In this document: piece after piece, positions 17,963-26,891 of the stretch | Numbering within the stretch: position 1 is the first letter of the stretch | Layout of the letters: each line of letters starts with the position of its first letter | Origin: a virus | Taxonomy: Duplodnaviria > Caudoviricetes | Direction: 5' to 3' (one strand) | IMG/VR virus record: IMGVR_UViG_3300010203_000021 | Span: 7,014 to 71,013 of that record | DNA: 64,000 nt | The notes under the pieces: generated by a model | The model's database searches: none | The model's input: only the letters and a program-made list of their open reading frames with translations | What the model was told of the DNA's origin: nothing | Position numbers and translations under genes: made by a program

Positions 17963-19455
17963 ACGTGCTCGACCGGACCTATGACCAATCCGCGCCAGCG
18001 CCGGCCAATATCGAAGCGGAGCAAGCCCTTCTCGGCGCCATCTTCGTCAACAACGAAGCATTTCGGGAAGTCGAGGCGATCATCACCGCCCACGATTTTT
18101 CGGAAGAGATTCACAAGCTCATTTTCAAGGCCTGCTCTGACCTGATCGCAGCCGGGCGCGTAGCTACCCCGATCACAGTCAAAAGCGCCGTAGCCGATTT
18201 CGATTTAGGGCCAACGCTGACGCCCGCCCAATATCTGGCGCGTCTCACGTCCGAGGCCACTACGGTCATTAATGCGAGGGATTACGCGCGAACGATCCGG
18301 GATTATTCGATTTGCCGTGACGCGCTTGAAACGATCGCAGACGCCCGCGATTGCCTTCTGAACATTCGGTACGATTCCAACATCGGCGAAATCGTGTCGG
18401 ACGCGGCCGGCGAACTTCAGAAAATTATTGAGGGCGAAACCGGCGGCGCGGTGATCGAGACCGGCGCGGAGGGAACGGAGTCATTCTTCGAGCTTGCGGA
18501 GGCAAGAGCGCGCGGGGATAGCGACGCCACCTTGGTTGAGACGGGGTTCAAGTCGCTGGACCGGCTGACAGTGGGCGGCTTCAAAGCGGGCGATCTATGG
18601 GTCATTGGCGCCAGGTCCGCTGTCGGCAAGACCGCGCTGGCCTGCTGCATGAGCAAGGCGACGGCGGAAGCTGGAAATGCGGCGTTCCTCATTTCATGCG
18701 AGGTCCAGACAGCGCAGATCAAGGCGCGTCTCCTCAGTTCCATGACATTTTTTGCTGGGAAGATAATTCCTTACGGCGAGATCGAGTCTGGGCGGTTCAA
18801 CCCCAGCGACCAATCGTTGATATTCAAGCTGCGGAACGCGCAGCAGCGGCTTGCCGCGCTCCCGATTTCCTACGTGTCGGCGAACACTCCGACGATCGCC
18901 CAAATCCGGCTGATGATCCGCGCGGAAAAACGTCGGCTTCGGCGCCAGCGGCTCGGGCTGAAGGTCGTCTTTATCGACTTTCTCGAACTCATCGCACCCC
19001 CGACTGGCGTCCGCGACACGCACGACCAGTTGAACAAGATCGTCTATGCGCTCAAGGGGCTCGCGAAAGAGGAAGGGCTTTGCATTGTCCTCCTGGCGCA
19101 GATCAACCGCGACGTGGACAAGCGGGACAACAAGCGCCCGACAAAGGCCGACCTGAAAGGTTCTGCGGCAATCGAAGCAGCCGGCGACGTCGTCTTGCTG
19201 ATGCACCGCGAGGCGGCGCTGATTGAGCAAGACACCAAGTTTCAGAACTCAGACCCGGAAGCTCTGGCGAAATATGACGCCGTCAAACACACGGCTGAAT
19301 TGATCCTCGCGAAGAACAGGAGGGGAGCGACAGTGCTCCTGAAGACGGCCTGCGTGGTCGAATGTTCTGCGCTGTTCGAGGACAAGCGGTTTTATGTCAA
19401 CGGAAACAATGTCCCATGCTTCGGCGGCGACGTCGAAACATACGAGATGCTTTGA
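17959..19455 (+). CDS. DnaB-like replicative helicase
   Basis: NIEAEQALLGA, GARSAVGKT Walker A, VFIDFLELI, LAQINRDVDKRDNKRP..ADLKGS, AKNRRG. Confidence 0.93.
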   Translation: MNVLDRTYDQSAPAPANIEAEQALLGAIFVNNEAFREVEAIITAHDFSEEIHKLIFKACSDLIAAGRVATPITVKSAVADFDLGPTLTPAQYLARLTSEATTVINARDYARTIRDYSICRDALETIADARDCLLNIRYDSNIGEIVSDAAGELQKIIEGETGGAVIETGAEGTESFFELAEARARGDSDATLVETGFKSLDRLTVGGFKAGDLWVIGARSAVGKTALACCMSKATAEAGNAAFLISCEVQTAQIKARLLSSMTFFAGKIIPYGEIESGRFNPSDQSLIFKLRNAQQRLAALPISYVSANTPTIAQIRLMIRAEKRRLRRQRLGLKVVFIDFLELIAPPTGVRDTHDQLNKIVYALKGLAKEEGLCIVLLAQINRDVDKRDNKRPTKADLKGSAAIEAAGDVVLLMHREAALIEQDTKFQNSDPEALAKYDAVKHTAELILAKNRRGATVLLKTACVVECSALFEDKRFYVNGNNVPCFGGDVETYEML

Positions 19456-19466
19456 CGGAGGCGGTT

Positions 19467-20297
19467 ATGGCGGGAACGGCAGAGATACGATTCATCTGGT
19501 CGGACTGGAGCAACGACCGCCAATTGAAGATGTGCTCCATCGGCGCCAGGGGCCTTTGGATGGAGATGCTTTGCATCGCGTCCGAATGCGAGCCGGCCGG
19601 CTATGTGGCGATTGGGACGAAGGGATTGTGCGTCTCCGAGATCGCGTCCATTGCCGGGATCGACAAGACGCTGGCGGGGACGCTCATTGCCGAATTGGAG
19701 CGCAACGGCATTTTCTCCCGCACGGCGAGAGGGACGATCTTCTCGCGGCGCATGGTGCGCGAACGGCGCATGGCGGATCAGAGGGCCAAATCACAGGATC
19801 CGGCGTCGGGCGCCTTGTCGGCTGTCGCCAAGCCTGCGCGAAAGCCGAGGACGCCGAAAGCGGAAATCGCCGAGCCTGACGGTTTTGCCGAATTCTGGTC
19901 CGCCTATGGCCATAAGGTCGGCCGCAAGAACGCCGTAAAAGCCTACGTGAAGGCGGTCGCGAAGACACCCCACGCGACCATCATGGCGGGGATCGCGCCG
20001 TTCCATCGGGCGCACCCCGAGCGGGAATATTGGCCCCACCCGGCCACATGGCTCAACGGCGAGCGGTGGGCCGATGAATATCCGTCACTGGCGCCGGTTG
20101 TCCCGATCAATCCTGCCGCAGTTGATTGGGACCTGATCTGCCGCGCCTATCTCCGCACGAAAATTTGGACCTATGCCGGTTCCCCCGAGCCTGGGGAGGC
20201 CGGCTGCTTGGTCCCCGCCGACGTTCTGGCGCGTCACGGGCTCCCGCCGACGCCGGTTGCCTACCGCCCAGAACTCAAACTCGTCCAATCTGCGTGA
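19467..20297 (+). CDS. Putative replication initiation protein
   Basis: N-terminal ARGLWMEMLC helical/wHTH region; C-terminal FAEFWSAY..KVGRK.A...Y...HPATWLNGERW.DE domain. Confidence 0.75.
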   Translation: MAGTAEIRFIWSDWSNDRQLKMCSIGARGLWMEMLCIASECEPAGYVAIGTKGLCVSEIASIAGIDKTLAGTLIAELERNGIFSRTARGTIFSRRMVRERRMADQRAKSQDPASGALSAVAKPARKPRTPKAEIAEPDGFAEFWSAYGHKVGRKNAVKAYVKAVAKTPHATIMAGIAPFHRAHPEREYWPHPATWLNGERWADEYPSLAPVVPINPAAVDWDLICRAYLRTKIWTYAGSPEPGEAGCLVPADVLARHGLPPTPVAYRPELKLVQSA

Positions 20298-20307
20298 GGG
20301 AGGATCG

Positions 20308-21111
20308 ATGCCACCGCGGAAATTGAAGCCAGTATCTCTGGCGCCGGTGCGGCTGACGGATCGCCAGCCACGGAAATATCCTCGCGTCGATAAGACCGCG
20401 CTGGACGTCGCCGAAGAATTCCAGGACGAGCGCAGGAAATCGAAGCGCCAAATCGCGAAAGCCGAGCGCGCGCTGAAGGCGTTCCGCGACAAAGCCGGTG
20501 ATCGCCAGTCGTTGGGGCCGACGCCGGAACGCCTGCTCAAGGCCGCGGGCGCCGCCAGGATTGAGAAATTCGAGGAAAGCGCGGAGGTCGCCGGCAGCTT
20601 CAACGACGGCATGGTCGAGACGGTCGAAGTGACGCTGGCGCGGGTCCGACTTAGCGACGACGGGCCGATCACCCGCCTGTGCGCGCGCGGCCAGTTGGCG
20701 CCAGAGGACAAGGGGCTCAACGCCATCCTCGGCAAAGCAGCGCGCCGCCTGCGAGACGAATGGGCGCGGGCCGGGCGTGAGACGGTACAGGCGATCGACA
20801 CCACGCGCGAGCTTGTCGATGGCGGCCCCGGCCTGCTGGCGATGGAATCCGCGATTGACGCGTCGATCCACTATCGAGCGGCCCTCGCCGTAATCCCCGC
20901 TGGTTATCGGCCGTTCGTCGTCGGTGTCGTCATCGATCAGCAAGCGCCGAGGGTCGTCGGCCGAAAGATCACCGGCTATCGCAATGTGAACGCCGCGGCG
21001 GCGGTCTGCATGTGGGCGCTTCAGCGCGGGCTTCTGGCTCTGGCGAAGGACCGATACGGGCTGATCCAGGAAGACGAGGAAAACGCGGAAGCGGAAGGGG
21101 TTGAGGCATGA
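20308..21111 (+). CDS. DUF6456-like putative late transcription regulator (Q position)
   Basis: DGPITRLCARGQL...AARRLRDEW...YRAAL...VVIDQ...LQRGLLALA pattern; position after replication genes. Confidence 0.55.
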   Translation: MPPRKLKPVSLAPVRLTDRQPRKYPRVDKTALDVAEEFQDERRKSKRQIAKAERALKAFRDKAGDRQSLGPTPERLLKAAGAARIEKFEESAEVAGSFNDGMVETVEVTLARVRLSDDGPITRLCARGQLAPEDKGLNAILGKAARRLRDEWARAGRETVQAIDTTRELVDGGPGLLAMESAIDASIHYRAALAVIPAGYRPFVVGVVIDQQAPRVVGRKITGYRNVNAAAAVCMWALQRGLLALAKDRYGLIQEDEENAEAEGVEA

Positions 21112-22139
21112 CCGCTCGCGCCTATTACAACGAATTTGAGCCCGCTGCGGCCCATGTGCTGCGCCAACTGATCCGCGACGGCGTGATCGCGCCGGGCGAA
21201 GTCGATTCCCGTTCAATCAAGGAAGTGCAACCCGATGACCTTCGCGGCTTCACCCAAGCGCATTTCTTCGCCGGCGGCGGTCTCTGGTCCGTTGCAGCTC
21301 GACTTGCTGGATGGCCTGACGACAAACCCATCTGGACCGGCTCGTGTCCGTGCCAGCCGTTCAGCGTCGCAGGCAAAGGCGCCGGCGAAGACGACCCAAG
21401 GCATTTGTGGCCTGACTTCTTTCGCCTCATCCGCGCCGGTAGGCCCCCTGTCGTCATGGGAGAGCAGGTTAGCGGAAAGGCTGGCTATGGTTGGCTCGAC
21501 GGAATTCGATCTGATCTGGAGACAGAAGGTTACGCCAGCCGGGGCGTCGATATCCCGGCTTGCGCCGTCGACGCGCCGCACATCCGACAGCGGCTCTACT
21601 GGATCGCAGCCGGAGAGCAAGGCGTTGGCCTGGCCAACGCCTACGAGTTTGGCGCCGGCGAAGAACGGCAACAACGAGGCCGGGAATTCGTGTGGCTTGG
21701 TGGCGATCAGAACGCACGCCCTGGCGATGGAAGCGGCATGGCCGACGCCGGCGGTTGCGGACATCGAGGGTGGCCGGAAATCCAGGAGCGGGGCGCGCAA
21801 CGGGGAACTGTTGCTGAACGGCCTGGCGGCTGGAGAGGCGCGGCCATGGAGCGCGCCTCGCGCGACGGACGGCGAGAAGGGGGGCCCGAACATGGCATTT
21901 GGAGCGGGCGGCACGCCTCTGCCGGCCCAGGCATTTCAAACGGCACATTCTGGAGCGGCCACGAATGGCGCGTCGGCGCCGACGGCAAAGCGCGGCGCGT
22001 TAAACCCGGTCTTCGTCTTCTGGTTGATGGGATGGCCGGACGCGTGGGTCTCCTCCGCATTGGAGGCAATGGCATCGTGGTGCCCCTCGCGGCGGAAGTG
22101 ATCGCTGCGTTCATGGATGTCGAGGGGATGCGCCAATGA
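21108..22139 (+). CDS. C5-cytosine DNA methyltransferase, alpha polypeptide (motifs I-VIII and X)
   Basis: FFAGGG, GSCPCQPFS, EQV, HIRQRLYW, LRIGGNGIVVPLA; no motif IX in this frame. Confidence 0.88.
   Translation: MTARAYYNEFEPAAAHVLRQLIRDGVIAPGEVDSRSIKEVQPDDLRGFTQAHFFAGGGLWSVAARLAGWPDDKPIWTGSCPCQPFSVAGKGAGEDDPRHLWPDFFRLIRAGRPPVVMGEQVSGKAGYGWLDGIRSDLETEGYASRGVDIPACAVDAPHIRQRLYWIAAGEQGVGLANAYEFGAGEERQQRGREFVWLGGDQNARPGDGSGMADAGGCGHRGWPEIQERGAQRGTVAERPGGWRGAAMERASRDGRREGGPEHGIWSGRHASAGPGISNGTFWSGHEWRVGADGKARRVKPGLRLLVDGMAGRVGLLRIGGNGIVVPLAAEVIAAFMDVEGMRQ
21235..22101 (+). CDS. Nested +1-frame beta polypeptide of the C5 methyltransferase (motif IX, WPTP repeats)
   Basis: Open for 288 codons inside the alpha gene; WPTP, WPTP, WSAP repeats; LNPVFVFWLMGWPDAW resembles motif IX. 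Confidence 0.72.
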   Translation: MTFAASPKRISSPAAVSGPLQLDLLDGLTTNPSGPARVRASRSASQAKAPAKTTQGICGLTSFASSAPVGPLSSWESRLAERLAMVGSTEFDLIWRQKVTPAGASISRLAPSTRRTSDSGSTGSQPESKALAWPTPTSLAPAKNGNNEAGNSCGLVAIRTHALAMEAAWPTPAVADIEGGRKSRSGARNGELLLNGLAAGEARPWSAPRATDGEKGGPNMAFGAGGTPLPAQAFQTAHSGAATNGASAPTAKRGALNPVFVFWLMGWPDAWVSSALEAMASWCPSRRK

Positions 22140-22822
22140 CCCCCGATCTCTTTGCAGTCCGCCACGCCGCGGCGCCGATGCGAATCCTTGTTGGTTGCGA
22201 GACGAGCGGGATCGTGCGCCGCGCGTTCTCGGCCCGCGGGCATGATGTCTGGTCGGTCGATCTCCTTCCGGCCGAGGACGGCTCAAACCGCCACATCGTG
22301 GGCGACGTCCGCGATTATCTCAATGATAGCTGGGATTTGCTCGCGGTCATGCACCCGCCTTGCACCCGTCTGTGCAACAGCGGTGTCCGCTGGCTCTCCG
22401 TCCCGCCGCCCGGGCGCACGCGAGAAGAAATGTGGGCCGAGTTGGATGAGGGCGCCGCTCTGTTCTCGGATTGCTGGAACGCGCCGATCGAGCGTGTCTG
22501 CGTCGAAAACCCCGTCATGCACCGGCATGGCCGCGAGCGCATCCGCAACTACCAGCGCCCGCAGATCGTGCAACCGTGGTGGTTCGGTGAGCCATTTTTC
22601 AAGGCGACGGGCCTCTATCTGCGGGGACTTGCGCCGTTGCAGCCAACGCATTGCCTGACGCCGCCGGGGCAGGGGACGCCAGAACACAAGCGCTGGTCAG
22701 CCGTTCATCGCGCGCCGCCGAGCCCGGATCGTTGGAAGGACCGGAGCCGGTTCTTCCCCGGCATTGCCGCCGCCATGGCCGCGCAATGGTCGCCCCTCGT
22801 CGAGGATGAGGCCAGCGCATGA
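22136..22822 (+). CDS. Short C5-methyltransferase-like phage protein
   Basis: ILVGCETSGIVRRAF, HPPCT, ENP, PWWFG...K.T.L.L.GL, RS..FPGIA.AMA.QW. Confidence 0.8.
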   Translation: MTPDLFAVRHAAAPMRILVGCETSGIVRRAFSARGHDVWSVDLLPAEDGSNRHIVGDVRDYLNDSWDLLAVMHPPCTRLCNSGVRWLSVPPPGRTREEMWAELDEGAALFSDCWNAPIERVCVENPVMHRHGRERIRNYQRPQIVQPWWFGEPFFKATGLYLRGLAPLQPTHCLTPPGQGTPEHKRWSAVHRAPPSPDRWKDRSRFFPGIAAAMAAQWSPLVEDEASA

Positions 22823-23010
22823 CAAACACCCCAAAACCAGTCGCTTGCCCAGCCTGCAACGGGATTCGTGGCCATCATGTCGAGGGATGCCGTGTCTTCC
22901 TAGAAACCAAGGAGATGGGCCGGCTCGAAAAGGAAACCTACGAACAATGGCTGGACCGGCAGTTCGCGCGCTGGGCGGCTGAGGATGAAAAACGAAAGGG
23001 CGTAAAGTGA
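22819..23010 (+). CDS. Small hypothetical protein
   Basis: ATGA coupling; CPAC...H...C. Confidence 0.55.
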   Translation: MTNTPKPVACPACNGIRGHHVEGCRVFLETKEMGRLEKETYEQWLDRQFARWAAEDEKRKGVK

Positions 23011-23219
23011 TCGACAAGCAACAAGAACTCATCGCCCGGATGACCGGCGGCGAGCCATTCACATGCGGCGCTCTGTGCTCGTTGGCGCGCGGCAAAAGCG
23101 AGCGCTTTGCAATCATCATCACGATCTTGAAGCTCTGGTGCTTCGGCAAAATCGCGTTCACGCGCGAGGCCGGTCGCGTTGTGTGGCGCGCCGTGGCGCG
23201 GGAGGGCGGGAGGGCATGA
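23007..23219 (+). CDS. Small hypothetical protein
   Basis: GTGA coupling. Confidence 0.5.
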   Translation: MIDKQQELIARMTGGEPFTCGALCSLARGKSERFAIIITILKLWCFGKIAFTREAGRVVWRAVAREGGRA

Positions 23220-23699
23220 GCCGCCGGCTGATGAAATCCCACGATCGCTGGATCAAGTGCGGGCATGGCTCTCGGCGCCGCGTTCGACGGGTGCAGGTTT
23301 GGCTTGGGCGCTTGGACCCATGCCGAACGATCCGGCCTCGATCATCGGCGCCGTCGGACCTCTGGGCGACGATTTGCGCTGCTGCGATGGCCGAAATCAG
23401 CGCATCGGGGCAAATCAACGGGATAAAAAATTAATGCTTTTAATATCAATAAGATAGGTTGAAAAATCGGCCAATATTCCACATTGGAATAGAAAACGAT
23501 ATTGACATAGCTATCTGGAATGATTCGAATAGGCACATCAAGAATTGCGAATCGATTCAAGCGGTTCGCTTTAGACGCCGCCAGCTTCATCGGGCCGCCC
23601 TTATCGTCCAACACCGACCCACCCGGGTCGAGATATTGGGAGGTCGCGGGGCTGGCGGCGGCAGTTTCGCTCGACATGGGCCACAGGATCCAAGAGGGG

Positions 23700-24260
23700 A
23701 GCGTCGCGCGGATTTGGGTTTGACCCAATGCCCTCCGGAAGCCGCCGATGTCAAAGGATATCGGGCCAACGGCCAAGGGAACAGCGACCAGCCGGCCGAG
23801 CATAGAAGCGCCGACCTCCAGCTTTATGTTGGGGGGCGGATCGGGTGAAAGTCCCGAGGGCCGCGAGTTTCGCCCGAATGGGCACGAGTTTCATGCGGCA
23901 GCGCGGAAGGACGCGCAACGGCTTGTCGGAGTGAAGGCGGCCTAATCGACCCGCCGGCGAAAGCGACAAGGGCAAGCTGTCGAGGGTGAACCTCCAAGCC
24001 GGTTTCAAGCCCGACCCGCATGAACATCTTTCAGGCCGCCTCGCAAATTCCTCAGTCCCAAAGACTTTTGAATTTTTTAGGGAGCGGGGCGGCCTGAAGC
24101 AGTTTCGAGCGGAAGCGCGGTGCGTAGAGACAACCCGCGCCACACGGCGAAAGCCTTCAGTAAGTGGCTGGTACGCCCCGCAAGCTTCGGCTGGGTGCGG
24201 GCAACGTTGCAAACCAGATAGGACAGCCCGGCAGGGCCCGCCGCGTTGTCTGCCGCTCGA
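23700..24260 (+). ncRNA. Candidate large structured ncRNA (multi-domain, GNRA/UUCG loops, pseudoknot)
   Basis: Many nested perfect helices (see findings); no convincing ORF. Boundaries are approximate. Confidence 0.65.
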
Positions 24261-24298
24261 TTACCACGCGTTAATCCTCGACATGAGAGGCTAGGCAA

Positions 24299-24430
24299 AT
24301 GGACGATGCTACTATCCGGCTTAACGCTTTGAGCTTGGCTGTCCAGATTGGGCGCGATCTCCCTCCCGATGAGGTTTTGGCCCTGGCAAAGAAGATCGCG
24401 GATTTCATCGCAAAGGGCGCTTCCGTCTAA
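24299..24430 (+). CDS. 43-aa protein missed by the ORF track (MDDATIRLNALSLAVQIGRDLPPDEVLALAKKIADFIAKGASV)
   Basis: GAGAGG RBS, ATG 24299, TAA 24428-24430; amphipathic two-helix pattern. Confidence 0.65.
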   Translation: MDDATIRLNALSLAVQIGRDLPPDEVLALAKKIADFIAKGASV

Positions 24431-24437
24431 TTCAGTT

Positions 24438-24513
24438 TCGAGCGGCGCACGCCAGCGGGACGCTGCTGGACTTAGCTGGGTTTGCCGGGTTCGATTCCTC
24501 GGGGGCCGCTCGA
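24438..24513 (+). ncRNA. 76-nt tRNA-like element (non-canonical)
   Basis: Terminal stem TCGAGCGGC/GCCGCTCGA, hairpin CAGCG-GGA-CGCTG, T-arm GGTTCGATTCC; no proper anticodon arm. Confidence 0.45.
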
Positions 24514-24656
24514 ATCTTCATCGTGGATTTGCATCCGATAATGCAATTTTATCGGTCCTCGCCATTTCCCGACATGCGCGGCGTATTCGCGCCCACAACC
24601 CCATCAAAAGCGCCGCGAGCAATCGTCCGCCGAGCGCACATGTTGGACCCAAAATC

Positions 24657-24842
24657 ATGACCGACGACGTTTCCGCCCTTCGCCCAGCCGAAAGGCTGAT
24701 CGACGCCGCGCAAGAAATGCGCCGCATGGTCGGCGCAGATCGCGGGGAGATAGAGCGCGCGGCCGAGCGCGAGCGCCAGGCGAGGGCGAACGCCAAGACG
24801 TTCCCGACGTCCGAAAACCTCTGCGCTTCGGCACCGTTCTGA
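24657..24842 (+). CDS. Small hypothetical protein
   Basis: ATG 24657; TGA overlaps the next ATG. Confidence 0.5.
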   Translation: MTDDVSALRPAERLIDAAQEMRRMVGADRGEIERAAERERQARANAKTFPTSENLCASAPF

Positions 24843-25204
24843 TGGCTGACGAAGTCCTGAAGGGCGTCGTCGCGCCGAAATGCAAGCTATGCAGCCTGCG
24901 GCATTGGCGAACGCAGCCCGAGAAGTGTGGGCTTTACGAGAAGCCAGCGCGCCATGCCGAACCGCCTGCGCCCGTTGTGAGGCGTGAACCGCCGATCCGT
25001 GAGGCACAAGCGCCCTTGTCTGGCGCCGGTGAGACACAAAAGACCGCGCCCGGTATCGAGAAAACCGGGGGTGAGACCCGAGCGTCTTCCGCCAAAAACC
25101 CATCTGAACACACTGTTCAGAAAAAGAAAAACGCCGAAAAACCTCGGATAGGCGGCCGCCCCAAGAAGCGCGCTTTAGCGCCCAAGGCGAAGAAGACCGC
25201 CTGA
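24842..25204 (+). CDS. Hypothetical basic protein with CxxC...H
   Basis: CKLCSLRHW; Lys/Arg-rich tail. Confidence 0.55.
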   Translation: MADEVLKGVVAPKCKLCSLRHWRTQPEKCGLYEKPARHAEPPAPVVRREPPIREAQAPLSGAGETQKTAPGIEKTGGETRASSAKNPSEHTVQKKKNAEKPRIGGRPKKRALAPKAKKTA

Positions 25205-25343
25205 GCCCTTCCAAATTCACCCTTCTGCCAAGAGGGGCTGATGAGTGCGACCGTTTCCCAGCTTCTCCGGCCGGGGCGGTCGCTTTGCTGTGACCACCCG
25301 TGCGCACTCCGGGCCTTGGCAGGCCCCGGCTGGAGAAGAACCG

Positions 25344-26156
25344 ATGAAACTTGTCCCGTTCGCGTTTGAGAATGTGCCTGTCCGCGTCGCCGACCAGAAT
25401 GGCGAGCCGTGGTTCGTGGCCAAGGATGCCGTTTCTGCACTTGGCAAGACGTGGGATGGTCATTCTCTCGATACGATTCCAGACGCTTGGAAAGGGGTGG
25501 TAAAACTTACCACCCCCGGCGGCGACCAGGAATTGGTCACGATCAACGAGGCAGCGGTCTACAAACTGGCCTTTCGGTCGAACAAGCCCCAAGCTGACCG
25601 CTTCACAAATTGGGTCGCCGGCGACGTCCTTCCGACAATTCGCAAGACCGGAGGATATGGCCTCCCGGCCGACGATGCCGAGCGCGAGTTCGGTATGGTC
25701 AAGAGCCTTGTCCGCGATCTGAAGAAGGCGCGCGACGAGGCCGCAGAATATTGCGCTGAGTTGCGGCGCGGCGTTGAGGATTTGCGCGAGCAAAACCTTC
25801 TCGCCGCGCGCCGCCCCGCCGGCTTTTCCAGTTCGCGCGACTACAAGCTCGCCATCACTGTCGCCGACGAGCAACGCATCCCCGTCGAAGGGCGCGGGCG
25901 TCTCGTCCATTCGATGAAGGCCGCGCTGATCAGGTTCACGGCAGAGCGTAATTTTCCGCAGCCCCGCGAAGAACAGCGAGACGACGGCAGGAAGCCGCGC
26001 CCCATGTTCCATGTTGACGCCATCGCGGCGTGGTTGGTCGCGGAAGGTTATGCCATGATCGCCGCGCATCTCGCCAAGCGTCCGTTCGCACGCCAGCAAA
26101 ATTCGGCGCAGAACGTGTTCAGCTTTGACCAAAAGCGCAAGGCTGGAAAGGCATGA
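25344..26156 (+). CDS. BRO-N family antirepressor-like protein
   Basis: FAFENVPVRV...GEPWFVAKD...INEAAVYKLAFRSNKPQA.RF..WV..DVLPTIRKTGGY. Confidence 0.92.
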   Translation: MKLVPFAFENVPVRVADQNGEPWFVAKDAVSALGKTWDGHSLDTIPDAWKGVVKLTTPGGDQELVTINEAAVYKLAFRSNKPQADRFTNWVAGDVLPTIRKTGGYGLPADDAEREFGMVKSLVRDLKKARDEAAEYCAELRRGVEDLREQNLLAARRPAGFSSSRDYKLAITVADEQRIPVEGRGRLVHSMKAALIRFTAERNFPQPREEQRDDGRKPRPMFHVDAIAAWLVAEGYAMIAAHLAKRPFARQQNSAQNVFSFDQKRKAGKA

Positions 26157-26407
26157 CCGACATTCGTAAGGAAGTCATGGCCACCCTGATCGATGATGCC
26201 GTTCGCCTCGATGAGGCGGGCTTGGATTGTTGGAAAGACCTTCAGAGGCTGCACCCGGCCGTCCCCGCCACAGTTATCGCCCAAGCGTGCGCCGAAGCGA
26301 TGCACGCCGAGGAAGAAGCCTGGTGGCGAACCCTCGAAAAGACCATCGGCGGCGAAATCATTAAGAACGCGCTCGCCAGCGCGCCCACCAACAAGCATAA
26401 GGCCTGA
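26153..26407 (+). CDS. Hypothetical protein
   Basis: ATGA coupling. Confidence 0.6.
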   Translation: MTDIRKEVMATLIDDAVRLDEAGLDCWKDLQRLHPAVPATVIAQACAEAMHAEEEAWWRTLEKTIGGEIIKNALASAPTNKHKA

Positions 26408-26417
26408 TAAGTGACCC

Positions 26418-26891
26418 ATGCCGCGCCCATCTGAATTCACCGCTGAAAAGGCCGATGAAATCGTCTCACGCCTCTTGAGCGGCGAAAGCATGCGGAAGAT
26501 TTGCCGCGATGACCACATGCCAAACCGGCAGACGGTCATTAGATGGCAGTTGGCGAATGCTGATTTCGCGGCCAAGTGTGCGCGCGCGAGGGAGCAGCGG
26601 GCCGACGACGACTTCGACCGCATGAGCGAGATCGAGGACGACACGCTTTCAGGCGCGATTGATCCACAAGTCGCCAGGGTGGTGCTCTCGTCCATGCAGT
26701 GGCGCACGGCGAAGCTCGCCCCGAAGAAGTACGGCGACAAGCAGCAGATCGAGCACTCTGGCCCCGGGGGTGGTCCGATCCAGACCGAGGAAATCAGCGC
26801 GCGTGACCGCATCGCTAGCCGCCTCGCTCGCATCGCTTCCAGAAGACGAGAGGGCGGCGATCCTGGCAAGCCTGACGGACCAGGAAATTGA
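26418..26891 (+). CDS. terS: Terminase small subunit
   Basis: RPSEFT.E.ADEI..RL.SGESMRKIC...MP...T..RW; RVVLSSMQWR.AKL.PKKYGDK. Confidence 0.92.
   Translation: MPRPSEFTAEKADEIVSRLLSGESMRKICRDDHMPNRQTVIRWQLANADFAAKCARAREQRADDDFDRMSEIEDDTLSGAIDPQVARVVLSSMQWRTAKLAPKKYGDKQQIEHSGPGGGPIQTEEISARDRIASRLARIASRRREGGDPGKPDGPGN

Noticed and set aside
23342-23848. ORFs 23342-23803 (minus) and 23459-23848 (plus)
   Set aside because: No recognisable motifs or RBS; they span an AT-rich promoter-like tract and the start of the structured RNA.
24115-24251. Group I intron (GTAGAGAC resembles the R element, with a P3/P7-like pseudoknot)
   Set aside because: No room for a P4-P6 domain between the putative P3 and P7 strands, and no interrupted gene flanks it.
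24438-24513. Canonical tRNA gene
   Set aside because: A T-arm and terminal stem are present, but there is no proper D-loop, no 5-bp/7-nt anticodon arm and no CCA. Kept only as tRNA-like.
24549-26132. 527-aa minus-strand ORF
   Set aside because: Antisense to the BRO-N gene and its neighbours; typical high-GC shadow ORF.
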